From assembly GCA_041690135.1 (NCBI GenBank), contig JAWLHY010000002.1, forward strand, positions 912,342 to 976,341: 64,000 bases of DNA, given 5' to 3'. The stretch is from Armatimonadota bacterium (GTDB lineage: Bacteria > Armatimonadota > SYMT01). Under the pieces are notes generated by a model. That model was not told the DNA's origin and searched no databases. It saw only the letters and a program-made list of their open reading frames with translations. The translations under genes and the position numbers were made by a program. Shown one piece after another: positions 39,701-49,000 of this stretch (position 1 is the first letter of the stretch; each line of letters starts with the position of its first letter).

Positions 39701-40064
39701 GGGGGCCATCTCGGAGAATATTCCGGCCAGCCCCGCGGAACAGGCCGCCTGGACGGGGCGCTTGTGGATGGAGACGGGCTACGACCCGAGCCTCGTCGGC
39801 GCGAACCCGGTGCCCGCGTTCCGGCCCAGCATCCGTTACGTCTACGATGCGAACCTGCGCCGGATGGTGCGCGTCCGAAAGGTGAGGACGGGTGAAGAGG
39901 TGATGGCGTGGGTGGCCCCCGGTGGACCTCGTCCCACGGGTGTGGTTCCTCTCGGTACGTTGCTCAACAACGCGCTCACCACCGAGGACACCTACCTGGA
40001 GACGCTGCCGCTCTTCCCGCGTCTGCCAGCCAGCGCGCTGGTCTATGAAGGCAATCCGCTTTAA
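36795..40064 (+). CDS. Giant PilX/GspK-like pilin (~1040-1090 aa)
   Basis: RRG|QTVIVALAIL (no E5); ALSLALAGIQYA; IHIESIGR; late beta-helix-like GVIYAEGSIRV..LTIVSGGTIYIDGNL..LALMARD; start uncertain. Confidence 0.82.
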   Translation: MRSLTRFLSSRDAQREPTVMRTESPMQTKVTQNLLSSPCTTPCLRVSVVKKTRRGQTVIVALAILFLLVLLGSIFVTNLIRNLQRSTRQSTTDEALSLALAGIQYAGQQFRASEEGADWRPRPSEPLWRTPNSGTLPDRLRDPDFQWLSDNNSYNAPYTRIDTGEGRFLLRVRYVPQFKAASAGSTTADEFDPNSRLIHIESIGRPGVVDLNDPTTVRDPQDALADPNRRNEVKGAWRKVEAFVPVGLVDQLWWVTNFTNERGPATLGAPAFRDGNDRLVEPNTFFLGSIRSDMDLQFNGRVTVRVYPARSEGVFVKGRVLVAPRSNHQNTTAPQVVIQVADDTGQAGPVIPDDAQNDDPTDDSLLVQNAPEGFAIGASGTPQFNPIQLVNSGRSTRYVVADEQFTRGGTANPLIPAVLSTRQQDAPKLDQIDPATGRERYLRLTRDSGETITVADGGDTRVVNTGAYGLTDVNPPPDLSSNPLTPAQWERYRARGLYLDNFGDIQYPNDRPKVKNEWMRRGGPTQANKGWLGDYYIPTVDEGGVSHPVAEMLLTRIMTTDVNGNQVVRPVIRITRYDLDQRQMNLSGATGRQRLIYRIGGLDPATGQATLVPVGQTRDYDYPPNGVIYAEGSIRVRGVNGMNHDPNNPSSFPKSLTIVSGGTIYIDGNLMNNRNSGETTSGWKLALMARDYVTLNPTAFTRVNPGSGVVVEADEWDTSGNASSYHFTVPQGSSFDFAGSSANPLNDVLLALKHSALQLDTTSETAVNLYLPRIGVGSPNPWPDWYADRYDFGGYPPPWPAAPPGTTAQAFYLFRPLFAGTPSSWAVSNFQSVAGSPANWERKAFYIPGVNSPAGHEPTFRLHVGPQDGPDVDGDGFADPIMTPNGQPYWLSRLALLPAGEPLKIRVEAVMYAQTGSWFVIPPPFFNDDPDDTRTSFAAGNPRPVSTQPRDSADYPFYNEPLNIEIEVLGAISENIPASPAEQAAWTGRLWMETGYDPSLVGANPVPAFRPSIRYVYDANLRRMVRVRKVRTGEEVMAWVAPGGPRPTGVVPLGTLLNNALTTEDTYLETLPLFPRLPASALVYEGNPL

Positions 40065-40075
40065 GGAAACGAGCG

Positions 40076-43000
40076 ATGTACCGAAGACGCCCACTATTTC
40101 CTTTTGGCCCCATCGCCATGCTGCTCATGCTCCTGGGCTCGCTCCAGGTGGCCATGGCGCAGCGATCGCAAGAAGAGCGGCTGCCGGATACGCGCTACCA
40201 GCACGCCCGGCTGCGGCGCCTGAAGGCCTGCGTGCTCCTGGTACCCACGCCCGGCGATCCGGATGCCGGCAGCCAGACGCAGAGCCCCAACCCCAACCCC
40301 TACCTCTTCTATGTGCTGAACGAGCGCTCCGACATGCGCCCGGACGGGTGGCGGTTCTACAACCCGGCCGCGCCGACCTATCCCACGTACCAGCACACGC
40401 TCCGCTGGGGCGCGGGGCTCAGTCCCACCGCGCAGCTCGCATCGGATATGGCGCCGTACTGGGAGGTCGTCCTCAGCGAGGCGAACTACCAGAAGCTCGC
40501 GCAGATGGACGTGATCTACCTTCCGGTGGCCCGCCGGGACAGCAGCGGCAATAACCCGCTTCCCACGCTGTTCACGGAAGAGCAGCGGCAGATCCTGACC
40601 AAGCTCGCCGACGGCGGCGTGACGATCTGGGTGGACTGGGGCTATGAGGCCCAGACGCAGAGTTCCTGGCTCGGCGGAACCAACGGCAGCACCCCGACCA
40701 CGCGGACCCGCAACGGCTTCTTCACCAATCTCGACACCGTCCAGTACGGCGGCGCGGCGGGTGCTCCCACGGTAGGCCACCCGCTGTTGACTGCGCTGTT
40801 CAGCATCCAGCCGACCGAGGCCGTGGAGATCGGCTCCACCTACAGCGGCGCTGCCGGTCCCTCCGACCGCCGGGCCCTGTTGACCCGTATTCCCGGCGAG
40901 CAACCCACCTGCAATTTCACTTCCGTGGTTCCCGTGGGAACCTCGCCCGGCGCCAACACCATGGCGGCCTACGTGGCCGCCGCGCGTTACGGCTCGGGGT
41001 ACGTGGTGGGAACCGCAGGCAATGTGGGCCGGGCCGTCGCCGGGATGATTCCGGCCGGCACGCTGCGGGCCAGCACCGTTACCCCTCGCCCCGATCTCTC
41101 GCAGGCCCAGTATGAGGACCTGAAGTTCGCCTACAACGTTTTCGCCTGGCGCGGAGAGGTGATTGCGGGACAGAAGAACGCCCGCCACACCGCACAGAGC
41201 AGCGTCCAGGTGAACGGGATGATCGAGCAGTGGAACTTCCCGTACCTGGTGCCCGACAGCGGCGGGTATTCCAACTATCCGCCCTCTTCCGTGCCGATCG
41301 GCAACCTGCCGGCGAACCCCGCCGCGCCGCTCGTGGTGGATGGCATCGTCGTGGCCGCCGTGCGGTACTTCGACGGCGGCAACGCCGTCAGCGCTCTGCA
41401 TGCCTTTGAGGCCAACCCGGCGGATGACTTCGACAGCAATGGGTATTCGGACGATCCCGTGAATTCCGGGACCACGGCCGGAAACGCTTACGCCGACATT
41501 GCCATCGGGCAGAACTACGACCGGGTGATGCACGTGGACCTGGGCTCGCCGACCGCGGTGGTCAACGGTCTCACGGTCGGCGAGGTTCCGGACCCCACGG
41601 CCACGATCGCCTCCCAGGGCTCCCGTCCGCTGATCTTCGGGTCGATCGGCAACTTCAGCACGGGCCAGGGGGAGTTGTTCGCCCTGCCCGCCCCGCGGCC
41701 CGGTCTCCTTCCCACGGATTACTGGGGCCCGAGCAACCTCCTGCGCTTTGATAACTCCGTGCTGCGGATGCTCTACACCGGGGCGCCCAGCTTCGTGAAT
41801 ATCCCCGCGCCTATCCCGAGTTCGGGCCCCCCGGTCGTGGCCTCGCAGCTCATCGCGGGCGGCATCAGCCAGTCCGTGGGGATCGCGTCCTCTACCGCCG
41901 GCAAAGTCGCCTCCTACGAGGTGCCCTATACCGGGAACCCCGTGCCCGCCTGGTACTATCCGCCGAACCTGGAAGCGAACCGGCTGGGACCCCCCGTCGG
42001 CCCGGCCGTAACTGCCCAGGTGCAGGACGTCGGCACCGGCGCCATCGACACGATGGTCTTCGTTACCACCGCCGCGGACCCCAACCAGCGGCAGGGTGGG
42101 CAGGTGGCGGGCGACACCAACGGCAAGGTGGAAGGGTTCATCCTCGCTACCAAGGGCGAGTTGCTCGGCTTCCCCACCGCCAACAACCAGCCGAACGCCC
42201 AGACGCCGGATTTCGGACGACGCTTCACGGCGGTCCGCTGGCTCAATATGGCGCCGAACAGCGGACCGGTGCCCCCGGGCCCGGAGCTGGCGTGGGACCC
42301 CACGCGCCACTTTGAAGTGCGGGTGCTCTACAAGGGCACGGGCTACGTGGCGGCGCGCTTCGTGCGCGGGGACGCCGGGTTCCAGCTCCTGACGGACGGC
42401 ACGGGCGGCCAGGTGCTGCTCCCCGCACCCGGAAACCTTACCCCTCCGGCCGGGCTGCCCACGTTCAACGAGCCGGGTCGCCCCACCGTGTGGAACCTGC
42501 GGGACTACGTGCTGGTGGCGGACTACTCCTGGCTGCCCATTCCGGTAGACAACAACCAGGGCCGCACCCTCCGCCCGCGGTTCAGCCCGCCCACCCCCTA
42601 CGTCCGCAACGCCACGGGCGGCATTTCCCCGGTTCAGTTGACCGGCGTGGCGGGCGGCGTGTCGGTGGGCAAGGACAACCTGGTCTACTACGGCACCGGC
42701 AACGGGTACATGTGCGCCGTGGAATGGCGGCGCGGTCGCCCGCAGTTCCGCTGGAAGTTCCGCTCGCTGGAGTACCAGAACGGGTCCGGAACGATCAGCG
42801 ACATGAACGACCTCAACCCGGCGAGCCCCAACTACCTGGATGATTTCGTCTTCTCGGCCGCTCCGGCAGCCGGCGACCGGATCGTCTTCGCGTCTCGCGG
42901 TAAGGGTCTGGCTCCCGGCACCGCCTACGTCTTCGATCCCGACGCCACCGTGCGCTTCAAACTGCCGCTCCCGAACGACCCGATGACCGGGTCTCCCCTG

Positions 43001-45694
43001 ACCCTCACTCCGGCCATCGCGCAGGACATCGTGCTGGAGGGGGATCACGGCGTAGGGATCCAGCAGACGGCTGGTGGAGTGATGTCCGGGATCAAGGCGA
43101 ACCTGCCTCCCTTCGGCCAGCTTCCCAACCAGTTCAGCGTGAACCCGGACACCGGCGTGGTGACGTTCAACAACATGTTGAACATCTCGCTCGACCTGGG
43201 CCAGGCGCTTTCACCGGAGCAGTTGATCAACGCCACCGCACTCGCCATCGACACGGATGGGGACGGCGCTCCCGGACCGGACATCGACACGGGCGGGAAG
43301 CCCGCGGCGCCAATCCGCTGGTGGGTGCAGCCCGCCGGTTACACGTTGAGCGGAGTCTGGCCCAGCGCGAACAACCGGCGCCGTGCCTGGGTGGCGTTGC
43401 CCCTCGTGGCCACTTATAGGGGCACGGCTCCCGGCCCTTCCTCTGGGGAACAATGGCGCTCGGGGCCGGTGATCTCCGGTGACCGCGTTTACTTGATGGG
43501 CGCGACCGGGCACCTGCACGAGGTTCCGCTTGATCCGAAGACGATTGACCCTCGTTTCCCAGTCCGGCGCAACGGCGCAACGGTGGTGACTGGATTGGAT
43601 GGCCACAACGCAGGGAACCACGTGCTCTATCCTCCGGATGGGCTCCGGCGGGTACGCGGGGTCTCCTACACGGCCGGTAGTCAGCCAGCCAACAACCCAC
43701 CACCGGCGATTTCGCAGGGGATCGTGGCCGTCAACACCCCCCGCGGGCTGGTGGCCTACGCCTCCCCCAACGTGGTGGTGGCGGATACGAATCGCATCGT
43801 CGAAGCGTCCGGCGACTCCATCGCGCTCGCGTCCCTCGACGTCACGGTCAAGCATCGGATCGATCAGAACGAGTTCGCCATCCCGACCGATCCGTCGCTG
43901 GCAAATACGGGCGGCTTCCCCATCCTCACGGAGCGGAAACTGCTGAGCCGGCCGGCGGTGATCCGGAAGCTGAACCGCGCCAGCTCGCTAACGAGCATCT
44001 TCGCAAGCACCTCGACCACCGTCGGTCAACTGAATGCCACCACTCCCGCGGGCCAGAACGCGGTGCGGGAGACTACGGAATGGGCGGACGAAAGCTACCT
44101 GGCGGCCGACACCGGGAATAACCGCTGCGTCGAGTTCAACCCCTCCGGTAAGGTCATCTGGGAGCTCAACCAGTTCCAGGACCCCTTCGGCCTGCTGCCG
44201 GCGGGGGAGACCACGAAGCTGTCCGGTCCCATGGACGTGCAGCGCTGGGTGGAGCTGGAGCAGGTGGGCTCCGAGTTGATCCACGTGGTGCACACGCTCA
44301 TCGCCGATACGGGCAACACTCGGGTGATTGAGGTGGTGGACAAGGTCCGCTATCAGCGTGGGGTCTTCAACCCGGGCAGCTATGTGACGGTACCCGGACA
44401 GGCCGGGTTGGACGGGCAGGACGTGCGCTGGTACCACGTGTTGGTATGGTCCTCGCAGACCAACGCGCAGGGGCTGCGGCTCCGGTACCGCACCGCACAG
44501 CGCCTCTTCTGGCCGGACGCCAGCGGTGCGTTGATCCCGAACCCCAACGCTTCGGGGCGGACCGCCTCCACCACCTATCCGTACCTGCCGCAGGAGCAGT
44601 ACCTTAGCTACACCATGTGTTCCGTCGCCGGGCAGCAGGTGATCTATAAGCCGCCCACGCAGCGCGTCGGCTACAACCAGTTCCATGCGATCACCGCCGT
44701 GGATCGCGCGCTGATTGAACGGAAGCCGGACGTGCGGCCCGGCGGCGACAGTATCGTGTTCCTCCGCGGGCGGCTCAAGCTGGATGAAGGGAACCCCACC
44801 ACGCCCGTTCCGGTAACGACGGTGCGTGAGAACCGCCCGGGGGCGGCGGCGACCGGCGATTCGATCATCTACGCCCAGGGCATCATCGATCCGAACGTGG
44901 CGGTGATCAATAACGTCTACCAGGAGTTCCACCCAAGTATCACCAGTCCGGACCTGGAGCGGCCCGTGCACCGGCTCAACGGCGTTTCGAGCATTCAGCG
45001 GACGATCCGTTCCGATCTAACGTTCGCGCCCGATCTCCTCGCCGGCGGTCAGCCCATTCGGAATGCGCACGCGATGTTCTTCCTGATCGCCGATACCGAC
45101 GGGGTGTGGGAGATCCGGATGCTGCCCAGCGCTCCCGTGAATGTCCCGCAGCACCGCCTCGCATGGGCCTTCACGATTGAGGACTACGCCTACGTGACCG
45201 GCGCGGGTAATGGCGATCCGACGACGGCTATTACCAACCCTGCGGGAGGACGCCTGTTGAGCCCCGCCTCCGCCCGGCGCCTGCCGAACGGGCTGGTGCT
45301 GATCGCCAGCCGCACACCGCTGAACCCGCTGCCGCCGAATAATTCGGCGTCGCTCTTGCACGCGGGAGCGGACGTCTTCCTGCTCCGCCCGACCGACTAC
45401 CACACAGCCACGGTGCGGGCTGCCCAGGGAAGCGAGGTTCCCTACCGGCGCAATCTCTTGATCGATGGGGGAGGACCACTCCACGGTTGGCAGCCGGACT
45501 TGTGGGTTCAAACGGGCGGCGCCGTTCCCCCTCCGCTGCGGGGGAGTTCGAGCATTCGCTGGCGCGCGGCCGAGGCGTTGGATCCAAGTAAGGCGCCGTC
45601 ACTACGGACGGGCCTGCAGGGCGGCCCGAACCCGCTGGAACTCACCGGCACCTACATCCCGGTCCAGCCCAACTTCGCCGACCTGGTCTTCTGA
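40076..45694 (+). CDS. Giant secreted protein (1872 aa): DUF4159-like N-domain, PQQ/NHL-like propeller repeats and Ca-binding-like loops
   Basis: Signal peptide; MDVIYLP..FTEEQRQILTKLADGGVTIWVD; LVYYGTGNG, ADTGNNRCVEF and ADTGNTRVIEV; DTDGDG. Confidence 0.7.
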   Translation: MYRRRPLFPFGPIAMLLMLLGSLQVAMAQRSQEERLPDTRYQHARLRRLKACVLLVPTPGDPDAGSQTQSPNPNPYLFYVLNERSDMRPDGWRFYNPAAPTYPTYQHTLRWGAGLSPTAQLASDMAPYWEVVLSEANYQKLAQMDVIYLPVARRDSSGNNPLPTLFTEEQRQILTKLADGGVTIWVDWGYEAQTQSSWLGGTNGSTPTTRTRNGFFTNLDTVQYGGAAGAPTVGHPLLTALFSIQPTEAVEIGSTYSGAAGPSDRRALLTRIPGEQPTCNFTSVVPVGTSPGANTMAAYVAAARYGSGYVVGTAGNVGRAVAGMIPAGTLRASTVTPRPDLSQAQYEDLKFAYNVFAWRGEVIAGQKNARHTAQSSVQVNGMIEQWNFPYLVPDSGGYSNYPPSSVPIGNLPANPAAPLVVDGIVVAAVRYFDGGNAVSALHAFEANPADDFDSNGYSDDPVNSGTTAGNAYADIAIGQNYDRVMHVDLGSPTAVVNGLTVGEVPDPTATIASQGSRPLIFGSIGNFSTGQGELFALPAPRPGLLPTDYWGPSNLLRFDNSVLRMLYTGAPSFVNIPAPIPSSGPPVVASQLIAGGISQSVGIASSTAGKVASYEVPYTGNPVPAWYYPPNLEANRLGPPVGPAVTAQVQDVGTGAIDTMVFVTTAADPNQRQGGQVAGDTNGKVEGFILATKGELLGFPTANNQPNAQTPDFGRRFTAVRWLNMAPNSGPVPPGPELAWDPTRHFEVRVLYKGTGYVAARFVRGDAGFQLLTDGTGGQVLLPAPGNLTPPAGLPTFNEPGRPTVWNLRDYVLVADYSWLPIPVDNNQGRTLRPRFSPPTPYVRNATGGISPVQLTGVAGGVSVGKDNLVYYGTGNGYMCAVEWRRGRPQFRWKFRSLEYQNGSGTISDMNDLNPASPNYLDDFVFSAAPAAGDRIVFASRGKGLAPGTAYVFDPDATVRFKLPLPNDPMTGSPLTLTPAIAQDIVLEGDHGVGIQQTAGGVMSGIKANLPPFGQLPNQFSVNPDTGVVTFNNMLNISLDLGQALSPEQLINATALAIDTDGDGAPGPDIDTGGKPAAPIRWWVQPAGYTLSGVWPSANNRRRAWVALPLVATYRGTAPGPSSGEQWRSGPVISGDRVYLMGATGHLHEVPLDPKTIDPRFPVRRNGATVVTGLDGHNAGNHVLYPPDGLRRVRGVSYTAGSQPANNPPPAISQGIVAVNTPRGLVAYASPNVVVADTNRIVEASGDSIALASLDVTVKHRIDQNEFAIPTDPSLANTGGFPILTERKLLSRPAVIRKLNRASSLTSIFASTSTTVGQLNATTPAGQNAVRETTEWADESYLAADTGNNRCVEFNPSGKVIWELNQFQDPFGLLPAGETTKLSGPMDVQRWVELEQVGSELIHVVHTLIADTGNTRVIEVVDKVRYQRGVFNPGSYVTVPGQAGLDGQDVRWYHVLVWSSQTNAQGLRLRYRTAQRLFWPDASGALIPNPNASGRTASTTYPYLPQEQYLSYTMCSVAGQQVIYKPPTQRVGYNQFHAITAVDRALIERKPDVRPGGDSIVFLRGRLKLDEGNPTTPVPVTTVRENRPGAAATGDSIIYAQGIIDPNVAVINNVYQEFHPSITSPDLERPVHRLNGVSSIQRTIRSDLTFAPDLLAGGQPIRNAHAMFFLIADTDGVWEIRMLPSAPVNVPQHRLAWAFTIEDYAYVTGAGNGDPTTAITNPAGGRLLSPASARRLPNGLVLIASRTPLNPLPPNNSASLLHAGADVFLLRPTDYHTATVRAAQGSEVPYRRNLLIDGGGPLHGWQPDLWVQTGGAVPPPLRGSSSIRWRAAEALDPSKAPSLRTGLQGGPNPLELTGTYIPVQPNFADLVF

Positions 45695-45818
45695 TTCTCA
45701 CGGCGGACTTTCACCACGGAGATCGCCTACGGAGAGGAACCAGCGGAATTCTGCCCGTGATGTGGACGTAATGTGATGAGGAGTGCGGCGGCCGAGGCAG
45801 CGCATCGGAAGAACGGCG

Positions 45819-45865
45819 GTCACAGTAGCGAGTGCGGCGCTCAGCGTCGCACTCGCTACTGTGAC
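45819..45865. repeat. 22-bp inverted repeat (REP-like GTAG..CTAC hairpin)
   Basis: gtcacagtagcgagtgcggcgc-tca-gcgtcgcactcgctactgtgac. Confidence 0.75.
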
Positions 45866-46016
45866 TTCGTCCCGCGCGGTAGTTGACCAGGTTAGAAAAC
45901 CAGGCCCTCATGACGCGGGCTGGTACACATATGGATTCTAAGCGCTCACCCGGAACAAGAGGGTGGGCTCTAGCCGTCCAACAACCGAATCTCAACCGGT
46001 TGGCGATGGGAAAGCT

Positions 46017-49000
46017 ATGCATAAACGAGTCGTCGTCGTAGGAACGCTGGTCCTGGCCTCCCTGGCCATGATGACTGCCTGGCCGGTGCGCGCGGTCGAT
46101 TTCCGCAGCAACCGGACCGACGGCATCCAGTACACGGGCTTCAGTACCAACCAGCAATCCAGCAACCAGGCTTACAACATCTACGACATCCTCTCCGATC
46201 CGGGGGCTCCGTCGTACGGCTTGTACTGGAAAGGCGGGCTCCGAAATGATCCCCTTCCACTCGTCGACAATCGCGAGCAGGACCCCGAGCTCACCTGGAC
46301 GGACTTCGTGACCCGGCTCGGCCTCTCCACGCCCCGGCCCACGTTCACTCCGAACGTGCCGCAGGGCTGGAGCCCTATCGTGATCGACCTCGATCGCACC
46401 GGGGCAGCCGCGGACCACTTCCTGGTCAACGTCTCACTGGACGTCACCAACACCAACCCCGATCCGCTGATGGACCCGCGCGAGCAGGTCATTACCGCCT
46501 ACTGGCCGGAGACGGCCAACGGCCTCGGCAACCTGAGCAGCCAGATGCCGCCCAACCGGCTGGAGCCGCTGCAAGACCAGATCAACAACCGCATCTGGCG
46601 GATCAAGACCCGCGAGCTGGATCCCATCCAAAGCGTCGGCGGCGCCACCGGCGTGGTCACGCAGCCTCCCATCTACTCCTTCGTCGACGGCGAGCACCTG
46701 CTTTACCTGGTGATCGGCACCGGCGAGAACAACGATCCCGCCAAGGTTGTCTGCCTCCGCATTCCGCCGCCGATCGGCTCCGGACAGGCCCCGCAGGTTC
46801 CGGACCCGGCCGATTACGGCGATATTTGGGATCCCAACGACCCCGGCAGCGACGGCATGGTCGTCTGGTCCTACGACGTTCAGGCGCGCTCCGGGTCCGG
46901 CAACATCCCCGTGGCGGGCATTTCCTTTGCGGACTTCGGCGACACCCAGATTCCTCGCCCTAACCTGTACATCACCACGCAGGACGGGCAGCTGATCTGT
47001 CTCAACGCGCGACCGGTGGACCAGTCGAACGTGAACCAGGACGGCGATCCTCGTGCCGGGCAGGAGCGTTGGAAGTGGCTGACGCCCGCTACCAACAGCC
47101 CGCTGGCCGGGTTCGCCTACGGCATGACCCCGGCAGTCTGTCGTGTGCCCTTGAGCGGCGCCTACCCGTCCGACACCCTGCAGAATGCTGTCCAGGAACA
47201 TCATGTAGACGAGTGGATGGTGTTCGTGGCGGATGACTACGGGGCCTTCCGCGCCTTCGACGCCGGTGGCGAGGCGAACAACGCCTCCAACCCCACGCAG
47301 TACGCGCCGCGACTGCGGTGGCAGGATGCCGCCTGGCAGGTGGACAACACCACCACGCCGCCCACCTACACCCAGATCCGCCGCCGGGCCGATACCGACA
47401 ACGACGGGGACGTGGACGCCAACGACGAGGCGGAACGGTTCAAGGTCCCGCCGGTCGTTTACCAGGGCGGCACGCCGATGACCAACTCCAGCGGTGTTCC
47501 CGTCGGCGCCTACGACAGTGGGTATGACGACGAGGTCATCTTCGCATCGGAGCGAGGCCGCCTCTATGTGTTCAAAGCCCTGGGCAAGCTGACCGTCAGC
47601 TCCGGCGCTTCGGACGGGGAGCCCGTGTTCGAAACGGCGAACACTCCGCACCTGGAGTCCGGCACGGTGATGCGCTGGCAGTGGCCGGAGAGCGACACCA
47701 GCATGGCGCCGGCTTCAACGGTCGCAGAAGAGCCGCGCGTCTGGCCGCGCGAGCACAATGCTCGGGTCACCACCCCGCGGGATATCGTTAACGTCCTCGG
47801 GGCGGAAATTCCGATTGATGGGAATTACTACGTCCGCTCGGCTCTGGCAACGTCGCTGGGAGCGAACGCCAATCCCAACAGCGGCAGCCCGAACCTGGAT
47901 CTTGGGGACGACCTGATCTTCGTTCCCTACTTGCAGGACGTGACCGCGCTGGAGGCGACTCTCCGCCCCGCTACGCTTGACGCCACCAAACGCTACTTCC
48001 ACGAGTACGTCGCCAGCCTCAAGCCGTATCCGTTTGTCCAGGCGGAGTATCCCATCGAGGACCTGGTGAGTGCCCGGATTACCTGGACCGACCCGGCCAC
48101 CATGGCGGTGCGGACGGTTTACGTCGGCAACGATACCAACGTGCCGGCCGCGGACCAGGTGCAGATCGACCGTGTCTTCCGGATCGGCACCGTCAAGAGC
48201 ACCGGGGTCACGGTAACCCAGGCCACTCCGGCCGCCGGGTACAATCAGAACGTGACCTCTTTGCAGGACGACACGGCCTACATGGTCGATCAGAGCTTCT
48301 ACTACCCGCCCGACAACGCGGAGGTCTTCATCCCGTTCGGTCCGGCCTACAACACGCAGGTAGAGCTCACCTACACCTATCGCGATAACAGTGGAACCCT
48401 GCAGGCGGCTCGCACCGATCCGCCTGCGCCTCTCCCGTCTTGCTACCGGCGCGATACGACCCGACCCGGATATGACCGAACAGTTACTGCGAACGACTTC
48501 ATAGTTCGTGGGCGCGCCTCGCTGTCAGTCAACCGGGCCAGGCTTCAACTTCAACTGGTCCAGACCGGCACCGTCCACACGGAACACCCGGCCCAGGTCG
48601 ATGCTGTTGACTTTACGACCTTCGATCAGCGGCCCCCCTCCATGTTCGCTGCCGGCAGCGCCAATGCCGGAGGTCTGGTCCTCGTTCCCATCTGGTACCG
48701 CGGGCGGGTCATCGCGCTCAACAATCGCCTGCAACCGCTGACGGCGCTGCCGGGCCTGCACGATACCCGTTACGGAGCGGGCAACGTGCTCACCTCGCCC
48801 TTCGACGGCGACCCGGGTCCGTTCGTCGTGCTGACGAATGAAAACTTTGTCGACCATCCGGAATGGACCGACATCGGAGCGTCAGTTACCGAGATCGATG
48901 GTTGGCTCTACCTCACTTACCGCAACGGGCACACGCGTGCCTGGAGTAATCAGGGGGGTGGCGCGCCCGGCACGGATGGTCCGAATACGCCGATCTTCAC

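Noticed and set aside
45878-45895. TAGTTGACCAG, resembling HEARO/omega RNA
   Set aside because: An 11-nt match only, with no IscB/TnpB gene nearby and no further motif
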